Positions 37,519 through 49,958 of a stretch of DNA of 64,000 nucleotides are shown here, one piece after another. The stretch is taken from NCBI GenBank assembly GCA_012026655.1, contig JAAILG010000309.1:1-64000 (forward strand), in the 5' to 3' direction. Position 1 is the stretch's first letter. Each line of letters begins with the position of its first letter. A program made the translations under genes and the position numbers. The DNA is from Hydrolagus affinis. Taxonomy: Eukaryota. The notes beneath the pieces were generated by a model that saw nothing but the letters and a program-made list of their open reading frames with translations, was not told the origin of the DNA and made no database searches.

Positions 37519-38462
37519 CTTGTGAAATGTACACCTTATATTTTGAAATCATACTTCCTGTGATGACATATTTTATCATCTTTTCCCTCTCCCAGCTTTC
37601 ATGAAGCACTTAAATATTATACATATAGATATTTGAATATTCCAAGCAGGTTGCGTTGTGTACTATTTGTATAAAACAAATTGTTAGTGTGCGCGTCTTA
37701 ATGCAGTAAAATACGTGTTATTTTTGTTATTTTAAAAGAAAAAAAGAATGCAGATAGCAATTGGAAAGCTGGTCACACACACACACACAATCTAAATTCC
37801 TCATGTTTTGAATGTAACAGTTCACACTAAAGTTTCATTTCTATAGTAAAAATTCCCTCTCCCTCCAAAGATACATGTCATAGCCTTTCAATATCAACTC
37901 AGTAAAGTGCCACTTGTCAGGAACAAAAGTATTACAGCAGTTGATTTGGTCACTTGTATCGATCGACACAGAACCTGTCCCATACACGTATACCCATATG
38001 TGTATATATGTTCCAAATCGGGGGCGTTGACTGCATCTAGGACTTGCTAATGATAAGAAAAGAGAAATATCTCACACTTTTAATCTGACGACGGTGGTCA
38101 CTGATGCTATCAAAGTATGACAATAACAACTTCGATTTATATAGCGCCCTCCATGCCGGTCGGCGTCTCAGAGCACTTGTACAATAATCCTCTTCGTGAT
38201 AAACTGCGGTACTGTTTTTCTCACAGGTTGGCATGAATTATTTGTATAAAGTTGTCTCCCAACTTTATATTTCTGTCTAGTTTTTTTGTTGTTGCATGTT
38301 TTCACGATCAACTTGGCAAGATTAGCGAAGTTCTAGGTCTGTGCACTGAGAAGAACAAAGTATTTCGAGCCCCAATTTGGTATTTCACCTCAAAGCCTTC
38401 TGTCCTATCTTTGAAGCCTATGTTTATACATTTTTGTATTAATTTATGAATGATTTTTTTTC

Positions 38463-38505
38463 AATAAAAAGTTCCAAGACTCTATAAATTGCTGTGTGTG
38501 TTTAA
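38463..38505 (+). terminator. Candidate distal polyadenylation signal of B4GALT5
   Basis: AATAAA with upstream TTTGTA/U-rich elements and a downstream GT-rich tract (GCTGTGTGTGTTT). Confidence 0.5.
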
Positions 38506-38529
38506 TTGCTGTGAGCCTGGACATAGACC

Positions 38530-38835
38530 TGGAGCCCTGTTGCTCAGTGCTTAGAGCATTTACCTTGCAAGCGAGAGATCCGGGTTCGATTCCAGGCAGG
38601 GCAAAACCTTGGGCAAGTCTCCTTACTCCACACACCTGATAATAATCAAACAAAAAAAAATGAATGAGTCATTTTCAATCCATGACTGTTTGTGGGATAC
38701 TGCTGTGTGCAATTGGCTGCCACATTTCACCCACAAAATATACAAATGAACTTTACGGCATATTCTGTGAAGTGCTTGGAGGCATCTAGAAGACGTGAAA
38801 AGTGCTATTCCAAATGCATTATTTGATATATTATT
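38530..38835 (+). mobile_element. tRNA-Deu-L2 SINE
   Basis: Family consensus. Confidence 0.88.
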
Positions 38836-39435
38836 AGATCGCAGTTTATCCGCTTGATTTGAGGGTTGATTTGGGTTGCAGAGAATCGAATGGGAGAAAA
38901 ACATTTTAAATGTTCTTAACAAATTGCTGTCTATGAACCTCCTAACAAGGCAATCAAGCCACAAAATATACGATCATTTCACTTTACAGTATATGCTGTG
39001 AAGCGCTTTGAGACGTCTCAAGGAAGTGAAGCCCCGGCTTAACTTGGAGCCTGATCTACGCACCATTCTACCTGACATGATAGCTGCTGTATTATACACA
39101 ATGATTATTTGAACTGGAACTAAGCTTGAATACAGAACAAATATTATGGCCATTTCTCTTGCTCTCACCACTCTCCCATGGCATTTTGGTCAATTCTGAA
39201 AACGTTAAAAATAAAGTATTTATATTATGGTAAGATTCTGATCTGTGCTTATGTAGACCGAAGGGCCTTTTCTCAACCAATCTTGTCTCTCGAATCTAAT
39301 ATCAATACTATTCATGTTACTGAATGATTTATTTATAAAACAGGAAATGCAGTTAACAATCAGTACAAATCTCTTTGAGATAAGACTTAAAACATTGCTC
39401 TTGAAGGCCCGCTTGGTCTCTGATTCCTGCTTTAG

Positions 39436-40330
39436 CAACAGCAACAACAAAATTACATTTGTAAAGCGCCTTTCGTGTCAGGAGAATGTTCCAAGGTGCT
39501 GAACGATGAGGGATTAAGTAGGTGGGGGGCGGAAAGGGGACAGGGTTGGGATGAGTCAATGCAGAGAGATAGGAAAGCAGTTGAAGGCACACGAGAAAGG
39601 AGGGTCTCGAGTTGTGCCTTAAAGGAGGCCAGGGAGGGAACAAGATAGCATGGAGTTCCAAAGCTTGGGGACAGAGAGGCGGTCAGGGCAACAGTGCTCC
39701 TAGAAGCGAGTGCGGAGGCAGAGAGATAGAGTTGGGTATCATCCCTGCACATGTGGAAGTTGACCCTACATCTGTGGATGAAATCACTAAGCGGGAGCAT
39801 GTAGAGGTTGAAGAGGAGGGGGCTGAGGACATAGCCGTGAGGAACACCGCACAAGGGGGTTGGGAGAGAGATACTGTTGACGGAGACAAATTGGAGACCA
39901 TGTGAGAGATAAGACCTGAACCAGTCAGGGACAGAACCTTGAAGGTTGAACTGAGAGTCGAGGTGGTGGCGGATAATGGAGCGGTCCACGGTATCAAAAG
40001 CAACAAAACGGTCGGAGAGGACGAGGAGGCAGAGGGAAGCCTGGTCAGAGACGGACAGGATGTCTTTTGCGACCTTGACCAGAGACGGTTGTTTTCTGTG
40101 CTGCGATAGGGAGAGATCGACGGTGTCAGAGAGCAGTGGGGCAAAGGAGGCAAGGAGAGGGGTGGGGATAGGGTCAAGGGAGCAGGTGGTGTGGTTCATG
40201 CTGGATATGGTGGTGATGAGAGATGAGGGGGAAGACAGGTTCGAAAATGTGAAGGGATGGATGGGTAGGGGTTGGGGTGTGCGGGGTAGATGGCGAGGGA
40301 GGGAATGGCGGTTGGGAGGGTGGCAGCAGC
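39436..40330 (-). mobile_element. L2 LINE fragment with a decayed, internally deleted reverse transcriptase
   Basis: ORF 39453-40430 has TCSLDPIPT, AFDTVD, GVPHGYVLSPLLFNLYMLPL and FHMCRDDTQLYLS (YADD mutated), then jumps to the L2 3' end and (GTT)n tail. Confidence 0.92.
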
Positions 40331-41589
40331 TGACTGCATTAACTGCAGTAGCTGCAGTATTATTCTGCCACCTGCTGGTAGCCTCTAGTGAAATTTTTTT
40401 TAAACGTCTATCATTCGATGTTTTGCCCACAAAACATGCAGATAATTCACTTTACGGTATATGCTGTGAAACGCTTTGAGATATCTCAGCGACGTGATAA
40501 GGTGCTATACAAATGCAAGGGTTATTATTATGATATTTATAGTTTTTAATAAGAATTATTACTTTAATAAAACTCGCCTGCATTTTAATTTATGAGTTTG
40601 GATTTTCACTGATTTTTTTCATACAGTTAGAAATTCTACATACACCAAAGAACCCTTACTCGGACGCCAGCCTTACACAAAGGCATCTTGGGTGTGTTCA
40701 CGGAGTGGTTGATGAAAATAGGTTGGGCTGTGCTAATATTTACTGCCATGAGAGATAAGGTTACTCAGAAAAGTGAAGGGTTATTTATCTTGAGCCTAAT
40801 CAACCTTTTATCTGAACTGCGTCCAGTGCTCTATGCGATGAAATGAGAAGCGAGTTCCAGTGCAGGAAGTTGATGGCTATAGGATCCCATTATATAATTC
40901 ATCATCTAGACTCGCCCAAAAGAATACTGGAGATATGAAATGATTTACCTCCAGAGAATTACTCTTCCCGATAAACCTTTCTGCTCTGACTGCCGGCGAA
41001 TTGATCATTTCATAAAGTGACCAAATGTTCAGCGCTGAAGAGATATTACAGTGGGATCTTCTTGGAGGTTGGAATGAATCGTAATGTGGTTTGTGACGTC
41101 ATTTAAATTGAACGGGGGAGACCAAAAAGGCTCTCAACTGTGCCCAAGTGAATAGAGTTAGAATAGGCATTGTGCTCTTTGCAGATAATATCCTCACGGG
41201 CTCATGGTGATTATGCAGCTAATACAACAGGTAATATGCAGGTAATACAACAACAACAAAATTACATTTGAATCGCAGCTTACATGTCGAATACATCTGC
41301 AATTTGTGAATTAAACCATCAGAAAGTGGCACTGCTTAACCATAATGCTGCTCATTTTGGTGCTGTTTCCTCAAATGATACATCAAACTCATTAAGGCAC
41401 ATTACTGTGGCTATCTGGCTGCCATTTTTCTCTCAAGAGGTACCCAGCAACTCCACATTACAGCGTATCCTATGAAGCGCTTTGAGACATGTCGACGACA
41501 CGAAGGGTGCTCCATCAAAGGCATTTTATTATTAGTAGTAATATTATTATTATGCCTATGATTTGGATTTTTTACTTTCTCGCTTTGAT

Positions 41590-41794
41590 ATGGGGAAACT
41601 GGCATGGTGTATGGTGCTGAAACTGGTGTCTCGGGCTAGGAACCAATTGAAGAGATTAACCAAGATAGACTGGAACTCAACGGACACAGAAGAGTTTGAG
41701 AAGAGCTGGCCGCTGCTCTCCGATATCAACATCAAGGCGGGGAAGTTTGATCTTGCGATTAAATTGCTCAAACGTTGCTTTGCAGTACAATCAG
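41590..41794 (+). pseudogene. Orphan TTC21 (IFT139)-like exon fragment, frameshifted
   Basis: [56 protein letters not shown], then (+1 frame) LQYNQ|gtgagc. Resembles the recalled TTC21B segment [61 protein letters not shown]. Confidence 0.8.
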
Positions 41795-41844
41795 GTGAGC
41801 TGGCTTGTGACCCAAAACAGCTTGTATTTACTCAGAGCCTGTCA

Positions 41845-42248
41845 TGGAGTTCTATAACTCAGTGGTTAGAGCACTCGTCTTACAAGCGTGAGCGCTGTGT
41901 TCGATTCTAGGCAGGCTAGGGCGAGACCTTTTCCTTACCAGAATCATTATTTCGCCCCCTCCTAGAGAGAGCTTTGTGTCTCTGCCACTTCCAGTAACCT
42001 AAATAGAGGCAAGTTTCCTTACTTGACCTGCCTAATAATAATCCGTCACAAAAAAAACCACAATGATAAAAATTGGTCATTTTCCATCCACGACTGTTTG
42101 TGGGAGACTGCTGTGCGCAATTGCTGCCACGTTTCGCTCACAAATGTACAATCGAATCACTTGACACCATATTCTGTGAAGCGCTTTGAGACGTTGATAA
42201 CATGTGAAAAGCACTCTATCAAATGCAAGGATTAGTATTTTTTATTAC
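41845..42248 (+). mobile_element. tRNA-Deu-L2 SINE carrying an 85-bp insert copied from nearby DNA
   Basis: Family consensus interrupted by 41928-42012. Confidence 0.85.
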
Positions 42249-42682
42249 TATAAACAGTTGAGATGACTCGGTTTATAGGGCAGAGAAATTTGCTGTTTCA
42301 TCAAAAACGACATTCAAGACCCACCTCTTTCCTACCACCTGATTGTGCCATTTCAACTCTTACTGATTCCAGAGAAGGGAGTGGAGTTGTTAATGGATTC
42401 CTTGTTAAGCAACATGTTTTAGCAGAAAGGTCCTATCATGTAACAAGAATGTGAACACAATGGAGAGGTCAAAAGATGTTAAATATAAATTTCAGCAATG
42501 GGAAAATTACATTTTTGGATGTGTAACTTGATTTACACTTTTTCTAAACTTTCTCCCACCCTGTTATTGGACCTGGGTTAGTTGGGAGAGCAAGTTGCTT
42601 TTCCTTACCAGAATCATTATTTCGCCCCCTCCTAGAGAGAGCTTTGTGTCTCTGCCACTTCCAGTAACCTAAATAGAGGCAA
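41928..42682 (+). repeat. Exact 85-bp direct repeat (41928-42012 = 42598-42682)
   Basis: Identical base for base on direct comparison; offset 670 bp. Confidence 0.95.
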
Positions 42683-43049
42683 CCAGTTGGATTTGTAGAT
42701 TCCTGTCTCTGCTCTGTGTGGGCTTCATCTAAATGTCAATGCTTTGTGGGAATCTCTATAAGATTGTAAGCTTCGAATACTTATTGGTGACCGTCCCTTT
42801 GGCTGATCGATCTCATCCTTCCAACAGTAATAGTCCCTCCGTTCAACTGCATCAAGCCACTTTTTTTTTTAAATGTGACTAACCTCTTGGCTTCTCCCAT
42901 TTTTCTGAGAAACCTGCATCAGGAAAAAAAATGAGAAAGAAGTGGGAACGATGTGCTGTGACTTGATCTTGTGCATCATCATCCAGCACTATTGTACTCT
43001 TTCCCTTGTTCAGTCACTATTGAAATCTCAATCAGCCTCTTGGCTTCGC

Positions 43050-43322
43050 TGGCCAGGCTTTCAGCCTCTCTGCTCCCACACTAAGGAACTCCATCCCGCA
43101 ATCCCTTTACCTCACCCCCACTCACCCCCACCCTTTCCTCCTTCAAGGCCGGTCTCAAGAACTTCCTCTTCAATCGTGCCTTCTGCTCCCTTCCTAACTT
43201 TTCCCCCTACTCCGACCACCCACCTGCTTGGGTCCTGACCTGATTGTTCAGCGCCTTGGGACATCCTCCCAACGTGAAAGGCGCTCTAAAAATGTAATTT
43301 TGTTGTTGTTGTTGTTGTTGTT
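43050..43322 (+). mobile_element. L2 3' fragment
   Basis: GCTTTCAGCC...CCTTCAAGGCCGGTCTCAAG...CAGCGCCTTGGGAC and a (GTT)n tail. Confidence 0.8.
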
Positions 43323-43617
43323 CGTGCCTTCAAATAATAATAATCCTTGCATTTGATATGGCTCTTTTCACATCTGATCGACTTCCCAAAGAGCTTCACA
43401 GAATATGCTGTAAAGTGAATTGACTGTATCAATTGACTGCGAATCGCCCACAAATATATAGCAACTGGTTGTATTGTGAAAAAAACATTAATCTGCACTT
43501 AAAATTGTGTTTTAATGTAAGAGAAATATTTGAAATATTCACAATGTGAATCGTTGTCTTCCTAATATATTCAAAGTATTTGTATATTTTTCATTCTGTT
43601 ATAGCGACCAGTGAAAA

Positions 43618-43978
43618 CAATAAAATAATCCTTGCGTTTGATATAGTGCCTCATCTTGTCTTCGAGATAACACAAAGCACTTCACAGAACGCATAGCAAC
43701 GTGAACTGACCGTGGGTGAAACACGGCAGCCAATTGCACACAGCTGCTCCCCACAAACAATTGTGGATTGAAGCAACCAATTAAAAACATTATTTTTTAC
43801 GGAGTTATCACTCACGGAAAAGTGATCTGCCAATCGACTAACAACTGGTTTCCTACATACCTACCGCTAGTTAAACCGAAACGTGTGGAGTAAGGAAACA
43901 TTTCACTCTGCAGGGAATCAAACGCAGGTCTCTCGCTTGCAAGGCGAGTGCTCTCACCACTGAGCTGCAGGTCTCCAC
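43618..43978 (-). mobile_element. tRNA-Deu-L2 SINE, insert-bearing subfamily
   Basis: Head, core and tail plus the insert at about 43808-43882. Confidence 0.85.
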
Positions 43979-45086
43979 ATAAGAGCATCCTACGTGAAGG
44001 TCACTGTATAATGCAACCTATTGTTCAAATATGATTTGTCTTCTGTGCAGTTTAGTTCCCTCTGTGACTGTGCTAACCAACCATGCAATGTCAGCATGCA
44101 CCTCTGCTAATCTTACACTTTTGATATCGGTGTTTTCATCTTTCTCTGATTTTAGCAGACAGTAAAAGTATAGATTTTTGAAGATAATAACAATGATAAT
44201 CCTTGCATTTGATATCGTGCCTTATCAGTTCCTCGAGGCGTCTCAAAGCGCTAAATAAGTCTCACTGAGGGGAATGAACCCGCAATGTACTGACGCCAGA
44301 GGCTAGAGAGCTATCAACAGCCACCCTAAAAAGATGTTAGGCTGCTTAAATTGTTGTTGATCTTTTACACAGAGTCCAAAAAGGAATAGTATTAGCATTT
44401 CACAGCAATGACATCCTTCATCGTGGCGATCACGAGGATGGGGGAAAAAATTATCAAAACGATAATTTTTTTTAAAAAAAGTCACGTTTCCAAACTGTAA
44501 GAAAAAATTATTTATAGAAAAAGGATGAAAAAAACTGCTATGAAAAAAAAACACATTGCAAAACTGAGGTAGCAAATGTACCACTTTCAGGAGACTTTAT
44601 TTATTGTTAAACTTAGCAAATCTTCATGTGATCTAGGATTACTCCACCCCTAAAAAAAATGGATTTATATTTTGATCATCACTCCGATATGCTATTCCAT
44701 GTGAAGCGTGTGATATAAATCTAGGTTGTTGCTGTATTATTCTAAAATCTTCAACAATGAACTTCTATTTCTCAGGTTTCACAATTTCTGGGTGTTGGTG
44801 TGTTAACTCAAGGAATCGAAATGTCATATGGTTTGTGTGGGAGGTTTCCAACTCGATCTTGGAAATAACTTGTTTTGGCAGCAAAAACAAAACCTGTCTG
44901 ATGCCGTTTGATCCAAACATGAAACTTGATCTGATCTTTGGCTATGCCCAAAATGATCTGGCGATAATAATAATGGCACAGTCAGTGATTTATTTTGTCC
45001 GTAAAAGGCTGTACAGTGTTTTACTTCCAAGTTGAAATAGACAGTTCCTATTCAGTGGACTGACTGAAGCCAAACAAGATAGCAGT

Positions 45087-45122
45087 ATGGAGATGGAAAT
45101 CTACGTGTTTATCCTGATGACT
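45087..45122 (+). CDS. CDH26: Cadherin-26-like exon 1 (start of signal peptide)
   Basis: AGTATGG Kozak context; MEMEIYVFILMT|gtaagt, phase 0; joins exon 2 to form a hydrophobic signal peptide. Confidence 0.7.
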
Positions 45123-46117
45123 GTAAGTAATATATTAGTATATTTTGAAGGAATATACATTAGCCTCAAAATGCTCTTGGTAAGACTCCGTCAACATTGT
45201 TTCGGGATATTCATAGCCATAACAATAATAATCCTTGCATTTGATATAGCCACTGTAATGTCAAAATCATTAACTTACTGATCCCTGGTGATCTCGTTAC
45301 GCTTTTCAATGAGCATAGAGTTCTCCTGAGTGAACCAAGGCAAAACAAAAGCACACATCGGTGGCTAGCTTCTGAAATGAGGCACAACAGCAATTAAAGC
45401 AATTGTTTCAAAGTACATAACCAGGGCACATCAAATTTTTTGAGGCTAGTTGCATAATTATCTCCTAACTAGTAAACTATATTATCGATAGTGCCAGGAA
45501 TGTGTTATTAGTGATGAATAAATTGCAATATTATTGCCAGAAGATTATTGCCAATTGGTAAGCATGGTGTTCAAGACAATGTGCACTTGGAACTTACAAA
45601 GTTATACTTTTGCACGAGACAACACTGTAATGATTATATAATAAAAAGGTTTAACTTTAAATAATTCTATCGATCTGTTTGAAAGAGTACAGAACAGAAC
45701 AGAGCAGTGGTGAGAATTTTGGCTTGGTTCCCATCGGTAGCTCATGGCAGCTCATGGCACAAATTGAGTTGTTTAAACATGATTGAAAAGTAAATCCAGA
45801 ACCTACTATAAGATGCACCTTTAAGACAGTATTATTAATGTTATATAATCCTAAATGAAACTTGCGTTTGATATTAAATTGCCATCTCAAAGGTTCACAG
45901 CAAAGTGCAGTGACTTGCCTATTGTAGGCAAAGACCCGTTTGCCCACAACAATATCCCACAAACATAAATGTGAGAGGAATGACCAATTTTATTTGGAGT
46001 ATTGTTGGTCATTTTAAGGTTAGCACAATTAACTACATATATCGCCCTAAGTACAATCTTGCATTGGTGCATATTGCTGCTGCTCAGTGATAATAAATTT
46101 GTCACTCGTTTGATCTA

Positions 46118-46418
46118 TGTGGAGTCCTGTAGCTCAGTGGTTAGAGCACTCGCCTCGCAAGTGAGAGACCCGGGTTTGATTCCCAGCAGGGCGAAACCTT
46201 GGACAAGTTTCCTTACTTCACATGCCTTATAATAATCCTTAAAAAAAACAATAATTTGATCACTCAATCCATGACTGTTTGCTGGGCACAATTGGCTGCC
46301 ACGTTTCAGCCACAAATGTAAAGTCAATTCACTTTACAATATATTCTGTGAAGCACTTTGAGACATCTAGAAGATGTGAAAAGCGATATATTAAATGCAA
46401 GAATTATTATTATTATTA
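46118..46418 (+). mobile_element. tRNA-Deu-L2 SINE
   Basis: Family consensus. Confidence 0.88.
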
Positions 46419-46575
46419 TGGGACCAGAAAGATTTAGCAACAGTGTATTCTGTCTGGAGTATTCTGAGTTTTGAGATAATTCCAGGAACTATTTATTTTC
46501 AATTTTATTGTAGTATATAATTATAATTTTTGCGTGACTTTCTAAGTTTAAGGATTATGATTTCCTCCCTCCAAG

Positions 46576-46629
46576 GGTACTATGGTGATATGTGCAACCC
46601 ACAATGAAACAGACATTCAGCTAGTTCAG
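46576..46629 (+). CDS. CDH26: CDH26 exon 2
   Basis: Polypyrimidine tract + aag|GTMVICATHNETDIQLVQ|gtacgt; 54 bp, phase 0-0. Confidence 0.7.
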
Positions 46630-46881
46630 GTACGTATGACCTTCTACTGACTCAACTCAGAAGCATTAACTTTCCTACTACAGTATAGTACTACATTATC
46701 TGTTTATTCATTCTCATAACATGAACAATATCAAGGTTGTATCCCAGCAATGTGCAAGGGTGCTAAGAGGATAAGGTACTTTCTATTTTATTTGCGAGCG
46801 GTTTCAAATGTCTTATGTCTTTATATAATAGTATACAGTATATATAAACTGTGGATGTATGTGTGTGTGTGTGAGTGTGTT

Positions 46882-47223
46882 GTGGAACTCCTGTAGCTCA
46901 GTGGTTAGAGCACTCGCCTTACAAGTGTGAGACCTCTGTTCGAATCCAAGCAGATTAGGGCGAAATCTTGGGCAAGTTTGCTTACTCCACACACCTAGCA
47001 ATAATCCCTCCCTCCCACCCCCAAAAAATGCAACAATAAAATTGGTCATTTTCAATCTATGGCTGTTTGTGGGGACATTGCTGTGCGTAATTGGCTGCCG
47101 TGTTTTGCCCACAAATATAGTCAATTCACTTTACAGTACATTCTGTGAATCGCTTTGAAACATCGTTAAGATATGAAAAGCGCTATATCAAATGCAAGGA
47201 TTATTATTATTTATTATTATTAT
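46882..47223 (+). mobile_element. tRNA-Deu-L2 SINE
   Basis: Family consensus. Confidence 0.88.
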
Positions 47224-47224
47224 C

Positions 47225-47716
47225 CTCGAGAGGGTACAGAGGAGGGCAACCAGAATGATTGAGGGAATGGTGGGACTGGACTATGAGGAGCCACTAAGTA
47301 AATTGGGCATGTTCACATTGGAAAAGAGAAGATTGAGGGGAGGCATGATTGCTGTCTTTAAGACTCTAAAGGGACTAGACAATATACATCTTCACTGGCT
47401 GTTTCAACTTACTGAAAACAAAAGCAGAAAATAAAAGCAATGCGATTGAGGGGAGGTAAATTCAAAACAGATCTATAGATATACTATTTCAATGAGTGAA
47501 TAGTAAACCTGTGGAACAGGCTCCCCAGGAAGATGGTTGAACAAGTAAGTGTCCAAACACAGATTAGATCATTTTCTTTCGGGAAATAACATTACGGGAT
47601 ATAGTACATGGGTAGTTTGGGGACGTATGTGTTTGCCACTGGCAGGAAGGTGGAAGGCGAACTAGATGGATGGACCTTCGTCTTCTTTTCATCTAGCATT
47701 TCTTATGTACTTATGC
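47225..47716 (+). mobile_element. CR1 LINE 3' fragment abutting the SINE tail
   Basis: LERVQRRATRMIEGMVGLDYEEPLSKLGMFTLEKRRLRGGMIAVFK is the CR1 ORF2 C-terminal signature; TTCTTATG-type tail. Confidence 0.9.
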
Positions 47717-48221
47717 TTTGTACCTGGATGCTCTATCAAGTCGTATGACACGAGCTTGTGTGTGATTTCCTCGTGTAACAAACTTTCATTGATGTAATGT
47801 TTCTCCCGGGGAAGGGAAGCGTTCTTTTTACTCTATCCCATTGGTGTGAGTCCAACTGGTCCGATTTGAACCAGCACAGTAAATGTTACGTTATGTTTCT
47901 GTAAGGGATACAAAAAACTAATGCTTACGCTGCCCTTATGCTGTGGATATTTCTCAAATACGGCATCCGACCCTCAGCAGCCAAAAGGTTGGGCAATCCT
48001 GATGTAAGGAATTATTCCACACACCAAGTTAAAGTGTTTATTTTATCTCAGCCTGAACCAAAAGGAGGGAGGACTCCCACTTTGCTTCCAGAGTTGGGCA
48101 TGTACAAACCTTTAACTGTTCCCTGGGCTCAACCACCACAAGATGGTGCTGCTGTCCACACTCTTACCAATATCTCCGGAAATACAGAGACATTACACCA
48201 GGGATCACAGAAATTATCATA

Positions 48222-48534
48222 ATATAATAATAATCATAATAAGCCTCGTGTTTGATATAGCACTTTGCACGGCTTCAAAGCGCTTCACAGAATATACTGT
48301 AAAGTTAACTGACTATATATTTGTGGGCGAAACACAACAGCCAATTGCACACAGCAGCGTCCCACAAACAGTCATGGATTGAAATGACCAATTTTATTAT
48401 TTTATTTAAAGGATTATTATTAGTCGTTTGGAGTAAGGAAACTTGTCCAAATTTCATCCTGACCTGCCTGGATTCGAAGACAAATCTCATGTTTGTAAGG
48501 CGAGTGATCTAACCACTGAGCTACAGGACTCCAC
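48222..48534 (-). mobile_element. tRNA-Deu-L2 SINE
   Basis: Reverse complement of the family consensus. Confidence 0.88.
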
Positions 48535-48666
48535 AAAATGATGCCAAGTTTGTTTAAATCATCGAGTTAAATTATGACTGGCGTATTGTATGCAGTTCTG
48601 GGCGCCACATCTCTGGGAGGATTTGAAAATGGATATAGTTTAAATAACAAAATAGCTTTATTTTAG

Positions 48667-48795
48667 GAACCGATACCACGATATGCTGAAGAGCCGAAGC
48701 CTATTCGCTTGGTCCGCAAGAAGAGAATGTGGGTTCTGGCGCCTTTCCAAATTAAGGAAGAAGATGGAGGCAGGTTTCCTAAATTTGCGACAAAA
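48667..48795 (+). CDS. CDH26: CDH26 exon 3 (short propeptide, furin site, start of EC1)
   Basis: EPIPRYAEEPKPIRLVRKKR/MWVLAPFQIKEEDGGRFPKFATK; RKKR convertase site followed by Trp2. Confidence 0.9.
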
Positions 48796-49313
48796 GTAAG
48801 TTTATTTTAAACTTTTGAATGTCTCGGTTTAGGGATATATGTAGAAAAGTTCAGAAATTCCAACTTTCCCAACTCTGCTTATAGTAATATTAAATAATCT
48901 TTGATATTAAATGTGTCTCATAGCTTATTACTTCAAAGTGTAATGCCTGCATTTTGTAGGTGAACAAGGCAGCCTATTTGCTAACAACAACAAAATTGCA
49001 TTTACATAGCGTCATGCACAAACATGCGAGGAATGATCAACGTTCTCTGGTGTATTGTTAGCCAGGACAATTTAAGATTAGCACAAGTAACTACACACCC
49101 TGCTCCAAATACAATCTTACATTCCATATTAGAGTATTCTGTCCATATTCTCCATTCGAGTTTGGCTTGGCAGATTCTGAGCTTTGTTTTACAGGGTTAA
49201 TGGGAGCTGAGTGGAAAGAATCCCCGCTCCTAGTGACTGGTCTGCCCCTTAAATCCTGCGCATGAGCCAGGCCGGTCCGAGATAACCGTTGAGATAATTT
49301 TTTCTTTTGGCAG

Positions 49314-49469
49314 ATCAACCATGGCAAAAACAAAGACGGTAAAATGAAGTTTAAAATAAGTGGAACCGGAGTGGAAATGCCCCCAGAGATAGGCTTATTT
49401 AAACTTGACTCAGAAGGCATGTTGTGGATTCTACGCAAAGTCGATCGTGAGAAAGTACAAGAATTTAGG
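49314..49469 (+). CDS. CDH26: CDH26 exon 4 (EC1)
   Basis: INHGKNKDGKMKFKISGTGVEMPPEIGLFKLDSEGMLWILRKVDREKVQEFR; PEIGLF is characteristic of CDH26. Confidence 0.93.
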
Positions 49470-49679
49470 GTAAGCTTCGTATTGTCGAGCATCCATGCGT
49501 CATTATTAAATGTGGATTACCAAATTGTTGTCCTATTTAATAATATAGCTCGATGGATTTTACTGTCTTACATTCAAAATACAGGCATCGAGTAGAAGTA
49601 AAATACAGTATATAGTTTTTCCAATTTCCTCAAGTGAATAAACAATTTTATCGCCACGATATCCCTTTTTATTTTGATA

Positions 49680-49872
49680 GCGGCAATGAGATCATTAACG
49701 TCCACCTGTCAAAGGAGGTGGGACTTCTACTTAATTTAATGTGAAGGACAGACTCTTTGACAATGCAGTACTCCCCCACCACTGCGCTAGAGTGTCAGTC
49801 TAGACTATGAGAAGGGGGTTGAACCCCAAAAATATTTACCTCAGAGAAGAAAGTACACCTAAATGAGTCAAG
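49680..49872 (-). mobile_element. Old long-Deu SINE (SacSINE1/AmnSINE1-like), 5' part
   Basis: Minus-strand tRNA-like head, GACTGACACTCTAGCGCAGT...GGGAGTACTGCATTGTC and CAGGTGGACGTTAATGATC. Confidence 0.6.
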
Positions 49873-49958
49873 TAATAAATGGATCATCAGAATTTCTGTT
49901 AGGTCCTGGAGAACACATATTGATTCCAGCCCTTCTGTTTCTCTCAATTTCTATCCAG

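Noticed and set aside
39453-40430. 325-aa ORF, the longest in the track
   Set aside because: Decayed L2 reverse transcriptase with the catalytic YADD changed to CRDD and large internal deletions; not a host gene or an active element.
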